Below, piece after piece: positions 30,545 through 41,233 of a stretch of 63,343 nt of DNA. The DNA comes from a virus. Lineage: Duplodnaviria; Caudoviricetes. The stretch spans positions 1 through 63,343 of IMG/VR virus record IMGVR_UViG_3300012927_000007; one strand, given 5' to 3'. Position numbers and translations under genes: made by a program. Every line of letters starts with the position of its first letter. Position 1 is the first letter of the stretch. Under the pieces are notes generated by a model that saw only the letters and a list, made by a program, of their open reading frames with translations, was not told where the DNA came from and did not search any database.

Positions 30545-31332
30545 AGAAAATAACGCGCCCGGCCCGCTCCATCGAGAGTCGCATCAAGCCGCTCAATGAG
30601 GTAGAGCGCCACGTCGCTATGTTGTGCTACGGCGACCAGAAAACTGGCAAGACGGTATTCGCGTGCTCCTTCCCCAAGCCGCTCCTGCTGATCGATATCA
30701 TGGAGCGCGGTACCGATTCCGTTATTGACGTCGACAGCGTCGATGTAGTACCCGCCGAGAGCACCCAGGATATGGAGGATCTCTACTGGATGCTGGAGAG
30801 CAAAACCAAGTACAAGTCCGTAGTGCTGGACCAGATGACCGGCTTGAGCGCGCTCGTCATCCGCGAGATGAAGGCTAAGAAGAACCAGCGCCCCGACGAT
30901 GTGTTCTCACAGCGCTCGTACGGCCAGCTCGGCGGGTGGATGCAGCAGTGGATCTTGAATTACAGCCTTCTGGTCGACAAAGGCTACGACGTCTGTTTCC
31001 TGTCGCACCAGAAGCGCATCGAGCCCCAGGACGAGGACGACGATCGACTGGCGCCTGAGATCACCGCAGCCCTTACCGCCTCCGTCACGAATTTCCTGCT
31101 GGGTGCGGTGTCGGTGATCGGGAACCAGTTCATTCGCGAGTCGTACGACAAAAAGACGAAGGAGACCGAGATGCAACACTGCATGCGTCTGGTCAGCGGC
31201 TTCTATCGCTGCGGCATCAGACGCCCTGTGTCCGCAGGCCCGGTGCCGGAGTACATCGTCAACCCGACGTACGACAAAATTCTGAAACTGTCCAAAGGCG
31301 AGTCGCTGGCTCGCAAGGTCAAAAAACTATGA
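30541..31332 (+). CDS. Sak4-like AAA_24 ATPase (single-strand annealing)
   Basis: YGDQKTGKT, LIDIMERG, VVLDQMT; between exonuclease and SSB. Confidence 0.85.
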   Translation: MKKITRPARSIESRIKPLNEVERHVAMLCYGDQKTGKTVFACSFPKPLLLIDIMERGTDSVIDVDSVDVVPAESTQDMEDLYWMLESKTKYKSVVLDQMTGLSALVIREMKAKKNQRPDDVFSQRSYGQLGGWMQQWILNYSLLVDKGYDVCFLSHQKRIEPQDEDDDRLAPEITAALTASVTNFLLGAVSVIGNQFIRESYDKKTKETEMQHCMRLVSGFYRCGIRRPVSAGPVPEYIVNPTYDKILKLSKGESLARKVKKL

Positions 31333-31574
31333 GTAACGCTATCAAAGTCGTCGTCCTCGGGGACGTCGTATTGCCGCTCGTACGCGTCATGCTGGAAGAA
31401 GACTTGACTTGGTACCAGCGCGAGGAAATTTCCCGCGCCATCGACGCGTGCCGGCGCCAGTGGGTCGAGATGGGCAAAGCGCAGCAAATAGTGAAGCAAC
31501 AAAACATGCAATCACAGGGGCTTGCGGGTGTCCAGCTACCACAGGGCAACGCCCCAGCCGTTCGCGGCTACTAA
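31329..31574 (+). CDS. hypothetical protein
   Basis: 81-aa coupled ORF. Confidence 0.5.
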   Translation: MSNAIKVVVLGDVVLPLVRVMLEEDLTWYQREEISRAIDACRRQWVEMGKAQQIVKQQNMQSQGLAGVQLPQGNAPAVRGY

Positions 31575-31612
31575 TTTTTGTTCGAACATAACGCACGAGG
31601 AGCAACTAGCAC

Positions 31613-32389
31613 ATGGCACGACCCGCAAAAACAACCCGCCGCAAAGGCAACGTGATCTCGATCGACTTCACCGGGGTCAAATCCGGCGGCCTCGCAATCC
31701 CCGATGGACGCTACGCGGCTAAGATCATCGCAGTGGAGCAGAAGGAGGGCAAGGAGTCTGGCGAACCGTACCTAGACCTGACGTGGGAAATAACGTCCAA
31801 AAAGTGCAACAGTCGCGAAGTACGATTCGACAACTACTCGCAACAGCCGCAGGCGCTCTGGCGTCTCAAAGGCCTGTTGGAGGCGCTGGAAATCGAAGTT
31901 CCGGACGGGGAACAAGACATCGATTTCGACGAGATCATCTCGGACGAGACCGAATGTATCATTGAGTTGACCGGCGAAAAGAACAACGAGGGCAAGACTT
32001 ACGCTCGCGTCACCGGGCACGCACCTCTGTCGGATGGCGGCACGGTTGACGACGGAGAAGAGGACGACGAGAAGCCGGCGCGCAAAAAGCCCGCGAAGGA
32101 CGAAGAGGAAGACGAGCGCCCCACGCGTCGCAAGCCGACCAAAGACGAAGAAGAGGAAGACGAGCCGCCGAAGCGTCGTGGCAAGAAAGATGCCGACGAG
32201 GAAGAGGAGGATGACGACAAGCCGTCAAGCAAAAAGGTCAAGAAGGGCGCTAAGGTGAAATTCAAGGACGAGAAAAACAAGCTCACCAAGGGCACCATCG
32301 AGAGCATCGACGGGGACACCGCAACGGTGGTGACGGCAGACGACGAGACGTACGAAATTGATTTGGATGAGTTAACCGTCATCAGTTGA
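31613..32389 (+). CDS. DUF669-like ssDNA-binding protein with charged repeat linker and C-terminal SH3/KOW-like domain
   Basis: IDFTGV...IPDGRY.AKI...ALWRLKGLLEAL; GAGGAG RBS. Confidence 0.8.
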   Translation: MARPAKTTRRKGNVISIDFTGVKSGGLAIPDGRYAAKIIAVEQKEGKESGEPYLDLTWEITSKKCNSREVRFDNYSQQPQALWRLKGLLEALEIEVPDGEQDIDFDEIISDETECIIELTGEKNNEGKTYARVTGHAPLSDGGTVDDGEEDDEKPARKKPAKDEEEDERPTRRKPTKDEEEEDEPPKRRGKKDADEEEEDDDKPSSKKVKKGAKVKFKDEKNKLTKGTIESIDGDTATVVTADDETYEIDLDELTVIS

Positions 32390-32398
32390 TCGTCCGAC

Positions 32399-32493
32399 TT
32401 GAGTCCCGCCCGCGCGCCTGAATGACCCTGGACCATGGCTACGAGTTGTGGCAGGGGCACGTAGGGCGCGCGGGTATGGGCTGAGTAACTCAA
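32399..32493 (+). ncRNA. long imperfect intergenic hairpin
   Basis: Nested stems TTGAGT/ACTCAA, CCCGCGCGCC/GGCGCGCGGG, CCCTG/CAGGG, CCATGGCT/AGTTGTGG. Confidence 0.5.
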
Positions 32494-32494
32494 A

Positions 32495-32734
32495 ATGCCA
32501 AGACACTTTCCGTCGAACGGCCCCTATCTCGATCAACTTGGGGTACAAAAAGAGCACGCCAAGCCGTGCCCGTATTGTGGTGCTTTATGGACTTCTCTAA
32601 CAGTAGAACCCGGGGGGTACATTCACTGTACTGCGTGCGGCGCAGACGGCCCTGAGGTAGATACAAATCGTATGGACGTGCGCGACACGCTAGAGAGAGC
32701 GTTGCTCGCTTGGAATAGACGATACATCGCGTGA
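32495..32734 (+). CDS. Lar-like restriction-alleviation Zn-ribbon protein
   Basis: KPCPYCG...IHCTACGADGP...ALLAWNRR. Confidence 0.75.
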   Translation: MPRHFPSNGPYLDQLGVQKEHAKPCPYCGALWTSLTVEPGGYIHCTACGADGPEVDTNRMDVRDTLERALLAWNRRYIA

Positions 32735-34092
32735 AGCCCCGCCCATACCAAAAAGAAGCGAAGAACAAGGCTCTCCCCCTAATGCGGGACGGCGGCGGCT
32801 TTGGCCTGTGGCTCGAACAGAGAACCGGCAAGACGTTAACCGCACTGATGATTATAGACGAGCTGCAACCCGCGCACCTGTGGGTCATCTGCCCCAAGGC
32901 CGGAGGTGCCGCGCCGGAGGTATGGTGGCGCGAGATCGGGCGTTGGATGAAATTGCACCACGGGCTGGACGACACCCAGATTCGCGTGATGAATTACGAA
33001 TGGTGGGTGAGCAAGCGCCGCACGTTGTACGCGGAGGCTAAGACGCTGCGCGACCTCATGGTAATCTGCGACGAGTCGCATTACATCAAATCCCGAGGTG
33101 CGGCGCGCTCGCGCGTCGTACGGCGGTTGGGGCGTCTCGCTCGCTGGCGACTGGCGCTTACCGGGACACCAATCGCGCAGGGCCTGCAAGATGCGTGGTC
33201 CCAATTTGATTTCATCGACCCCGCCATTTTCGGGGTGTTCGACAACACGTACGAGGACCCCAAGACTAAAAAAATCCTGTTGGAGGAGGGTTTCGAGGGG
33301 CGCTATCTCATCCGCGGTGGGTACCAGAAGCACGACGTCGTTGGTTTTCGCCACGAAGAGGAGTTTTACGAGAAATTCCACGCCCATTCGTACCGCAAGA
33401 CGCTGCGCGAGGCGCGCGATACTCCGCTGATGATCAAGTACACCCAGGTACCCGTCGAATTAGAGAAGGACACCCGCACTGCCTACGAGGAGTTGAAGCT
33501 GGATCTTGTAACGGAAATCAACAAAAAGAAGATCCACGTCAAGAGCGTCCTCGCCAGCCTCATCAAACTGCAGCAGGTGACCGGCGGTAGTGTGTTGATG
33601 GCTGCGGAGGAAGAAGGCGCTAAACCTGAATTGGTGGATATCAGCCGCGAGAAGCTCAAAAAGCTCAGCGGGCTCGTGCGCCAGATCGAAGAGAAACACC
33701 CGGGCAGGTTCATCGTGATTGCGCGGTTCATACATGAAATCGACCGCATCGCTAAAACGCTGCGCAAGATGGGGTATAGCGTTGCGGTCGTGCGCGGCGG
33801 AGAGCCGTACGATGGCAAGTTCCGTGAGGATTGCATCGTCATGCAGATCCAGGCGGGTATCGCTGTTGATATGTCCCAAGCGGACAGCATCATCTTTTTC
33901 AGCATCGATTTCAGTGTCATAAATTTCGAGCAGGCAAGGTTTAGAATCCTAGATTTCAATAAACCTGTCGGTCACTATTATTTCCTGACCTCTACCGACA
34001 CTATAGATGTTGACGTGTACACTGCAGTTACGCGTAAAAAAAAGCTGCTTACCCTGGTATGTGATACCTATCGGGGATCGTGTGAAGTTTGA
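32731..34092 (+). CDS. SNF2-like SF2 helicase
   Basis: EQRTGKT, CDESH, LTGTP, KLQQVTGG, EQARFRI. Confidence 0.88.
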   Translation: MKPRPYQKEAKNKALPLMRDGGGFGLWLEQRTGKTLTALMIIDELQPAHLWVICPKAGGAAPEVWWREIGRWMKLHHGLDDTQIRVMNYEWWVSKRRTLYAEAKTLRDLMVICDESHYIKSRGAARSRVVRRLGRLARWRLALTGTPIAQGLQDAWSQFDFIDPAIFGVFDNTYEDPKTKKILLEEGFEGRYLIRGGYQKHDVVGFRHEEEFYEKFHAHSYRKTLREARDTPLMIKYTQVPVELEKDTRTAYEELKLDLVTEINKKKIHVKSVLASLIKLQQVTGGSVLMAAEEEGAKPELVDISREKLKKLSGLVRQIEEKHPGRFIVIARFIHEIDRIAKTLRKMGYSVAVVRGGEPYDGKFREDCIVMQIQAGIAVDMSQADSIIFFSIDFSVINFEQARFRILDFNKPVGHYYFLTSTDTIDVDVYTAVTRKKKLLTLVCDTYRGSCEV

Positions 34093-34534
34093 TCGTAGAG
34101 TATTCTTGAAGAAGGTTGCCCGCACCGAAACTTGTTGGCTGTGGGCGGCTAAGGCGCACAACCTTAAAGGGTACGGCGTGTGTAGGATAAATAAACGCAA
34201 CTATCTGGCTCATCGGGTAGCTTGGACGATTTTTCGTGGCGCGATACCTGCAGGGCTTTGTGTACTACACCGCTGCGATACACCCGGCTGTGTTAGGCCG
34301 ACTCACTTATTTATTGGTACGCAAGCAGATAACTTAGCTGACATGCGTAAAAAGCGACGACATCAGTACGGAGAAAACCACTCCGGTGCTCGGCTAACTA
34401 AAGAATTGATACCTAAAATACGCGCAGCATACGACGCAGGACAAAACCGTGAACGTATCGCTACCAAGTTCGGGGTCTCTAGGGGTGCGGTACTTGGAAT
34501 AGGCCGGCGAGTAACTTGGAAACATGTGCTATAA
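34082..34534 (+). mobile_element. free-standing HNH homing endonuclease with C-terminal HTH
   Basis: CWLW, GYG, AHRVAW, VLHRCDTPGCVRPTHL..GT..DN; AT-richer than neighbours. Confidence 0.88.
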
Positions 34535-34570
34535 TTAACGCTATTGCTACGTAGACCGAACGAGGACGAA

Positions 34571-35585
34571 ATGACCGAGATACCCCGATATCGCATCGAC
34601 GCAGAAGATGCCGATACCCTCTATGTGTCAAACAATGGCCCCCTGTGCAAGTGGGCCGACGTCGAAGCGCTCCAAAAAGCGTTGCAGGAAATGACTGCCC
34701 AAGCTCTTGCTGCTGTGTGGCTGATTCCCGACGACGAGACGCCCATCACTCTGCGCAACTTGCGCGCGGAGGCGCGCAGGGTGTTCATGGGCAAGGACAA
34801 ACAAATTATCGCTAAACTGCAGGACGAATTGGGCAACTCACAGGAAACTAACGCAACGTTGCGTCAGCAAAACCAAGCTTTGCCGCCTAGCATCGGTAGC
34901 GTGTACGTACGGGATCGCAAGCACAACTTGGACACGCTATTGCGTATTTTCGAGATCCGGCACGACTCCGGAGGTAACGTGCACATCGGGGTGTATCTAC
35001 CGTGACGGTGCGCAAATTGCCAAAGCAGCCCACTGGAAACAAGCTATTGACTCGTGAGGAGGTCAAGCAGTACGAACGCGCGTTTTATGGTCCACTGCCG
35101 GATGAGCCTCCCGTAAAAGAGCCGAAGAAGGCGCCGCGTCGCAAAGAAACACTCGCGTACGCCCTTGTGAAGCCACAAACGCCGGAGGGCTTCGTGACGC
35201 TGCCCCAGCTCGCCGCCGAGCGTGGTATGCAACCCCAGCTCGCGCGCATCTGGATCAAAAACGCAAATCTCAAGAAGCCCGGTACGCGTTGGCAATGGCC
35301 GAAGGGCTCCCCCTCTTTGAAGCGCGCACGCAAAGTGTTAGGTCTACCCGCATGAAAAAGCAACCCAAAATAGAACAAAAACCCGCCCCCAACGATTTCG
35401 CCCGCATCGCGGAATCAATTGGGCGCATCTCTGACACCGGTAAGGCTCTACGCGCCTCCGGGTTGACCCGAGATGCGACGATTGTGCTCCTCAAGCACGC
35501 GACGGGCATCCCCATGAAGGACATAGGCGCGGTGTTGAACGCGGTTGAGGATCTACGTCGTTGGTGCTTGAGTCAGCGACCGTGA
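34571..35585 (+). CDS. three hypothetical ORFs (34571-35005, 35002-35355 HTH-like, 35352-35585)
   Basis: Coupled ORFs. Confidence 0.5.
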
Positions 35586-36034
35586 GTGAGGCATCCTTCT
35601 GGCGGTACCTGTCGAAGCTGCTGCCCCCGGACGGGCACTTCACAAGAATTGAGTCGCACGACACCGCAGCCGGATTTCCCGATGTGCACTTCACCCTCAA
35701 CGGCAATTCCGGCACCATCGAGTTGAAGGACGCCAAACGCCCCGGAGCCAAGTACCCGTTCAAAGGGGAAAGCGGGTTACGGCGTAGTCAAATAGTATGG
35801 ATGATGGAGGAGATTGACACGGCCCAGGGGCGGGTGCTACTCGCGCTCCAGTGCGGCGACCGCGTGTACCTGCTGAATGCGGATCTGTACTACGACAAGC
35901 TGCACCGCATGACCGAGGAAGACATTGCGCGCGTCGCATGGGTAAAGTGGAAAAAGGGCGCCAAGCGGAGTAAATCGGAAGACAACGAGTGGCCCCTGGA
36001 CAACCAACTACGCGACATGTTAGAGCAACTGTGA
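35582..36034 (+). CDS. PD-(D/E)XK nuclease, Holliday-junction resolvase/VRR-NUC-like
   Basis: SEASFW, RIES..AGFPDV, IELK, LRRSQIVW. Confidence 0.8.
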   Translation: MSEASFWRYLSKLLPPDGHFTRIESHDTAAGFPDVHFTLNGNSGTIELKDAKRPGAKYPFKGESGLRRSQIVWMMEEIDTAQGRVLLALQCGDRVYLLNADLYYDKLHRMTEEDIARVAWVKWKKGAKRSKSEDNEWPLDNQLRDMLEQL

Positions 36035-37174
36035 ACCTCTTTGTGATACCCCGCGCCGTTTTTACCCCGTTCGAGTGGGACGGGCGCAAGTGGATCAAGC
36101 GGGATGACCTGCCGCGCTTCCGTGAGCCTGAGGAGGCCGTACAGTATGGGTATGACCACCCAGAGATCAACTATCGCGACGGCAAACAAGTGTTCCTGCA
36201 ATGGCAGGAGCGCGATGAGAAGGTATTCATAAACGAATTCCTGCAGGGCGTTGGGCAACTCAAGGTGCTTCTATGACATCGGAACGGCGTTGCAAGCACC
36301 CAAATGCGCGTGTCATCGAGTTGCGGGGCAACACGGCCACCATCCGGTGCGAGGACTGCGGTCCATTAGAGCTTTATGCGCCGATCCGGCCTTGGATCTC
36401 AAACCACGCCTGCCGGCGTGTCCACAAGGCGCCGAAGTGGGCACAGAAACTCATCGATGCGGAAGTGGCTAAACAGCAGGCGGTGACCTCGTGACCTCAA
36501 AAACGCAGTTATATCGTGTGAGCTACACGGTCCACACTGAAATAAGCGCTGAGACGCAACTGCAGGCACTCAAGATGGTGATGGAAGCCGGCGAGATATT
36601 CGACTCCGAAAAGGAGAACTGGAGCGTTCGACTCGCTCACGAGACGAAAACAGAGCATCGCCTGTGCCTGCATTACTGGGGCGACTACAGGAAGCGCTGC
36701 CAAAGGCCGGAGGGCCATGCGGGCGAACACTGGTATCTGGCACCAGCGAGCGCCATCAGCGTAGAAGTTGATTTCGGGACAATGCCACCGGAGGAACCGA
36801 CACCGGAAGTGTGAATTCCCTGACTGTCATGGCGAGCATTCGACCACTGCCCATATCGACTGGGGTCAGTATCGACTGAACGGCGGTTCTTATTGCATGC
36901 ATGTGTTCGACGGAGAGACTCGCTACTGCGGGCGCGGAGAGCGCTGGCCCGGCCATAATGACCAACCTGACTGGCCCAACCATCCGTTTGTGCCTGGCTG
37001 TCCATCGCCGGAGAGCGAGACATGAGAGCCGCTAAGCCGGACGCTGAGTTCAAACGCTTCATCGCGCTGGGCCACAAAATCGCCAAGCGTATGCGCCAGG
37101 AAGGAGTTGAAATGACGTTTCACATCAACTTCGCGCCGCTTAAACTACCCGCCGTGGGCAAAAGCGGTAAATAA
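36031..37174 (+). CDS. last small rightward ORFs (36031-36276, 36273-36494, 36491-36814, ~36768-37025, 37022-37174)
   Basis: Coupled ORFs converging on the virion arm at 37174/37177. Confidence 0.5.
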
Positions 37175-37176
37175 AG

Positions 37177-37827
37177 CTATGGCCCCCCGACCGTAGGCAT
37201 GATAACGCGGTTCGTATCCGCGTTGACGACCCCGGTCAGGTTGCGCGTCGCGGGAGCCATTCCAGATGATGACCGCAAGGACTGTGCCGCCTGCTGTACC
37301 ACGGGGTGCTGCATAGCCTCACGAGAGGCACGCAGGGTAGCCGCAGCCGAGGACGCATCATTGTTCGCCAAGTGTGACAGCGCATCTTTCACCGCACTGA
37401 TCGCGCGCGCCCCCAGCGTGATGACTTCCCCACCATCCGCGTATTTCTTTTTCGCTCGTCCGCCCATCTTCGCTTTGAGCTTGGGCAGCTTTACTTTCGC
37501 GCCGGCCATGTGCTGATCGATATTGTGCATCGTGTCCATGAGAGGCACGCGCGGCATGCGCATGCGCCCCGCGTTGCCGATTGGGTTTCCCAACTTGGGT
37601 AAGCTTGCGCGCATGCCCATCGGGTTACCCACGAGGGACGCAAGCGGCGAGATCGCGCCTCCGGCTGCGTGGTGTTGCATCGCGTGACTCAACAGTGCAG
37701 AGCCTTCGTCGGCGCGATTGAATTCTTGCGCAATGGCTTGTGAGGGCGCGTGTTTGAGCCCGCTGGGGTGCCATCCGTGCGCAATGCCCGCCATCAAACG
37801 TGCTTGCCGGGAACTTTTAGACGGCAT
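37177..37827 (-). CDS. basic virion-associated protein with AxGG motifs
   Basis: MPSKSSRQARLMAGIAH start; HAAGG, AKMGG, YADGG. Confidence 0.7.
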   Translation of the reverse strand: MPSKSSRQARLMAGIAHGWHPSGLKHAPSQAIAQEFNRADEGSALLSHAMQHHAAGGAISPLASLVGNPMGMRASLPKLGNPIGNAGRMRMPRVPLMDTMHNIDQHMAGAKVKLPKLKAKMGGRAKKKYADGGEVITLGARAISAVKDALSHLANNDASSAAATLRASREAMQHPVVQQAAQSLRSSSGMAPATRNLTGVVNADTNRVIMPTVGGP

Positions 37828-37828
37828 A

Positions 37829-40800
37829 TCAGTGTGCCCCTTGCGCGGCGTGTGTTGAGTCCTCGGTGCCCCCCGCGCCCCAGTTAAGGTACTTGCCTAG
37901 CGCGGAACCCTCCCCTGCGACTTTAGCGAGGCCCATGGGCGCAATCAGCGCAGGGTCAGTAACGGCATCCGTTGCGGTCTCCCCCAGACTTTGCGCAGGC
38001 GCTACCCCGGCGGCCTTCTGCAACCGCTGCTTGAGCTGACTCAAGCGTGTTGCTGCGTCATCGGACCATTGCAGATGAGGAGACGAGGTGCCTTGCGGCC
38101 CGGGTCCATTGAGTTTGTTGATCAACGCGATGAGATTGTGCGGAGTCGCCGCGACCGCATCTAGCGCGCCCGCAGGCGTACCCCCTTGGGATGGGGTCCA
38201 GGCCCGCCCCCCGAGAGCCGGGTTACCTTGGGCGTCCAACCCATAGGCAAGGCTCGCGAGGTTGGTCGCAACCCGTGCACGAGGCTCCGCTTCTGAACTC
38301 ACCCCCATCTGGCGGGCCGCATCCGCCAATCGCCGGATAGAGGACTGTGTATCGTCCACGGGCGGCTTCTGGTGTTGGATGTAATCCCACTGGGCGTTGT
38401 GGAGTGCTTGCGCGTAAGCGTCCGCATGCTCTGGGGTATCAAACACCCCCAGGTGCTCCCCCGTTTTGTGGTAGTGCTCAATGGCTTGCTGCGGCGTGAG
38501 CTTCTGGCCATTGACCACCTGGGGGATCAACGTTTCGCCTTTGTCAGTACCAATAGACATCGACAGCGTCGTACTGATGCTGCCGTCTGGGTTCTGCAAT
38601 ACGGGGCGATCCCAGATGTCCTTGATGGTCCCCGGCTCTCGTAACCCCTCCGCAGCGGGGAGCTGCGGCGCTCCGCGCCCTACCAAGCCTCCATCCGCAT
38701 GTGCCTGGGGGCGAGTCAGCCCCCCTAGTGCGGGGTCGCTGGCGGGGACCGTAGGCGGTTGCAGGGGGGTAAGTGGCGGCGTCACAGGCACTTGCGCTGG
38801 ATCAGGAGCCTGCACGAGTGGCGGCCGGGGGCGATCCGGGAAGCGTGCTGCAATCGCGGTGTCCTGGGCCGCCCTCTGCTGCGTGAGGCGCTCCAGGAAC
38901 TCCTCCAGCTTCTGGGCCAGCTCCACGCGGCCACCCCCCGCGTACCCGGCGGACGCGGCGGGGTGCGCTGCCGAGTTCGTGCCCTCGGCGATTGAATCCT
39001 CGTACTTGCGGCGCGTCTCCTGAGTATCTCGGGCGGATGAGGTGAACAAATAGTTCCGCAGGGCCGCCAAAGCGTCGTGGATCGCGCCACTGACCCCGGG
39101 GGAGCCCGGGGAGGACGACCCTCGCGGAACCCCGCCCCCATCGGCATAACCGCGCTCACGCCGCAGTAGCGCCTCACGTAGCCGGTCGACTGGACTGCCC
39201 GTCGCGTTCCCCGGCCAGTCCACCCGCAGGTCGCCCGCGACCTTACGTAGCCGTGCGGCGGCTTGTCGACTGCGCTCAGCGAGTTGTGCGGGAGACGGCC
39301 CTTGGGGGACCGCATCCGTAAGCGTAGGCGCTCCAGGGGGCGTACGCATCTGCGCGCCCTTGGGGGATTTCGAGGGCGGCCGATACGTGACCGCGGGAGC
39401 CCCTACCGGAGGGCGTTGCGTGCCACCCTGCTCCAATACGTTCTCAAAGGGGATACCGCCGGCTTGCGGGGTGGGCGCCCCGGGCGGCGCGATGGAGAAA
39501 TCGCCCCACTTTTGCGGCCCCTGGAAATCAACCTCCGGCATTGGGGGACGCGAGATTTGCTCCCGCAGTTGCGCCAAACGGGCCGCCGCGGGGTGTTGTG
39601 CTCCAGCGGATTGCACATCGGGGGTCAGTCCCAAATTTTCCAACGTGCTGGGGGTGCTCGCGCCGCCGCCGGCATTGACCATCGACGGCGAGGGTAACAA
39701 TCCTGCGATCTGCGGGGTCACGGGTGAGCGGTTCCACCCTTCGGGCATCTTCCCGTGGTTGAAAAAGTAACTCAACTCAGGATTGGTGGAGGTCTGTGCA
39801 GCCAAATCCGGTCGCCCGCGTCGGAGGAGATCCGCCAGCTTTGCGCGTAGCATTGGGCCTGCTACAGCGCCCGCTATACCCCCTACGACAGGAACCCCCG
39901 CAAAGTGTCCCGCAGCTTCCCCAGCACCCGCGCCGAGCCCCGCCGCCATTAATCCCTCTGTTCCAGTAGCTGCCGCAGCAGGGAGCCCACTAGCAACGTG
40001 GCCCACGATAGCCGCGTTACCCGTCAACAAATGCGGGTTGCGCTCCGCAAGCTGCCCGTACACCCGCGCGTTAAAGTGCTCGCTACCTTGCGCCCCCTGC
40101 AAAGCTGCCTGTGCTTGGTAATTCTTGGCCATCTGCACGCGGGCCTGTAGCCATAGCGGAAGATCCACCCCGGGTTGCCGCCCCGCAAAATCCTCATAGG
40201 CATTCGCTAGGGAGTGGTACGCGTCCCCCAGCGCACCCTTATCCGGGTCATCTGACTTCCAGTGTGACTTGGCCCGCTCACGTGCTTCTCTGATGTTGGC
40301 GAATAGCTCATCCTTGGTGAAGTTAGGCTTAGCTAACATCGTCTCTTGGAGCGCTTCCACATCAGGGGAGCGTGGGAGCTGACTAACCTGCTGCGGTAAA
40401 TTACCCAGCGCGGTCTGCAGCTCAGGGTCTTGTGTCAAATGGTGCGGCAGCGCGTCCTCTGTCGCGTGGTATATACGCCCCGGCCCGACTTTGCGCGCGT
40501 TCTCCAGTGCTGCGACACTTGGCGTCTGCCCCGGCACAATGCCGGCATCCTTGGAAATCAACGTGTCTGTAACTGTTTGCGCCCCCGGGGACAAAAGATC
40601 CGCACGGGTGCGTAGCCCGGTGTAGCCGGCAGCTTCAGCGACTTCAGCCGGGGAGCGTGCAATGTTGGTTGTCGCGACGCGTTCAGGGAGCGCACCCCGG
40701 ACTCCCAACACCCCCGTGATATCCGGAATGGCTTCCTCAGTAGCCTCAAGCCCGGTGCGAAGCGCGGGCGACAAATCACCCTGGGCTTTTTCAACCCCGG

Positions 40801-41233
40801 TCCAATCCACCCCCTTCTGAATTCCCTGCTGCGCAAGGTCCACCCCCTGCACGAGCGGGTCATTCGAGGGCGGCAATTCTGTTGCATCGTTGACTGCGCT
40901 TCGCACTTTCTGTGCAGCCTCAGGGCCTCCGGCCATACCCGCATAGCCGCTTGCAACCTTACCCCCAAGTCGAGTAACCCCTTGGCCCAAGCGTTCCGCC
41001 ATGCCCACCCCGGGCAGGTCGCTCAGCGCTTTGACGATCTCCTCAGGACCCCACTCTTTGCGTAAACTCTTATGGCCGCCGTCCTCAGTGACTGCGTAGA
41101 ATCCTTTAGGCGGCGCCTTACCTTCCGGCCACGTGTCGCCTTCCTTGGGCGCGCTCGCAACCGGTTGCGCGGAGGTTAGATCAAACCCCCCGCTTTGGGG
41201 TACTGGCTGTGCGCTGGCGAGGTCGAATGCCAT
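37829..41233 (-). CDS. large internal virion/ejection protein
   Basis: 1134 aa, A/G/P/Q-rich, last in ejection cluster; FDLxSAQPV x2; YADGG/YAGGG/HADGG. Confidence 0.7.
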   Translation of the reverse strand: MAFDLASAQPVPQSGGFDLTSAQPVASAPKEGDTWPEGKAPPKGFYAVTEDGGHKSLRKEWGPEEIVKALSDLPGVGMAERLGQGVTRLGGKVASGYAGMAGGPEAAQKVRSAVNDATELPPSNDPLVQGVDLAQQGIQKGVDWTGVEKAQGDLSPALRTGLEATEEAIPDITGVLGVRGALPERVATTNIARSPAEVAEAAGYTGLRTRADLLSPGAQTVTDTLISKDAGIVPGQTPSVAALENARKVGPGRIYHATEDALPHHLTQDPELQTALGNLPQQVSQLPRSPDVEALQETMLAKPNFTKDELFANIREARERAKSHWKSDDPDKGALGDAYHSLANAYEDFAGRQPGVDLPLWLQARVQMAKNYQAQAALQGAQGSEHFNARVYGQLAERNPHLLTGNAAIVGHVASGLPAAAATGTEGLMAAGLGAGAGEAAGHFAGVPVVGGIAGAVAGPMLRAKLADLLRRGRPDLAAQTSTNPELSYFFNHGKMPEGWNRSPVTPQIAGLLPSPSMVNAGGGASTPSTLENLGLTPDVQSAGAQHPAAARLAQLREQISRPPMPEVDFQGPQKWGDFSIAPPGAPTPQAGGIPFENVLEQGGTQRPPVGAPAVTYRPPSKSPKGAQMRTPPGAPTLTDAVPQGPSPAQLAERSRQAAARLRKVAGDLRVDWPGNATGSPVDRLREALLRRERGYADGGGVPRGSSSPGSPGVSGAIHDALAALRNYLFTSSARDTQETRRKYEDSIAEGTNSAAHPAASAGYAGGGRVELAQKLEEFLERLTQQRAAQDTAIAARFPDRPRPPLVQAPDPAQVPVTPPLTPLQPPTVPASDPALGGLTRPQAHADGGLVGRGAPQLPAAEGLREPGTIKDIWDRPVLQNPDGSISTTLSMSIGTDKGETLIPQVVNGQKLTPQQAIEHYHKTGEHLGVFDTPEHADAYAQALHNAQWDYIQHQKPPVDDTQSSIRRLADAARQMGVSSEAEPRARVATNLASLAYGLDAQGNPALGGRAWTPSQGGTPAGALDAVAATPHNLIALINKLNGPGPQGTSSPHLQWSDDAATRLSQLKQRLQKAAGVAPAQSLGETATDAVTDPALIAPMGLAKVAGEGSALGKYLNWGAGGTEDSTHAAQGAH

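Noticed and set aside
32040-32225. DNA tandem repeat
   Set aside because: Explained by the charged low-complexity linker of the SSB protein
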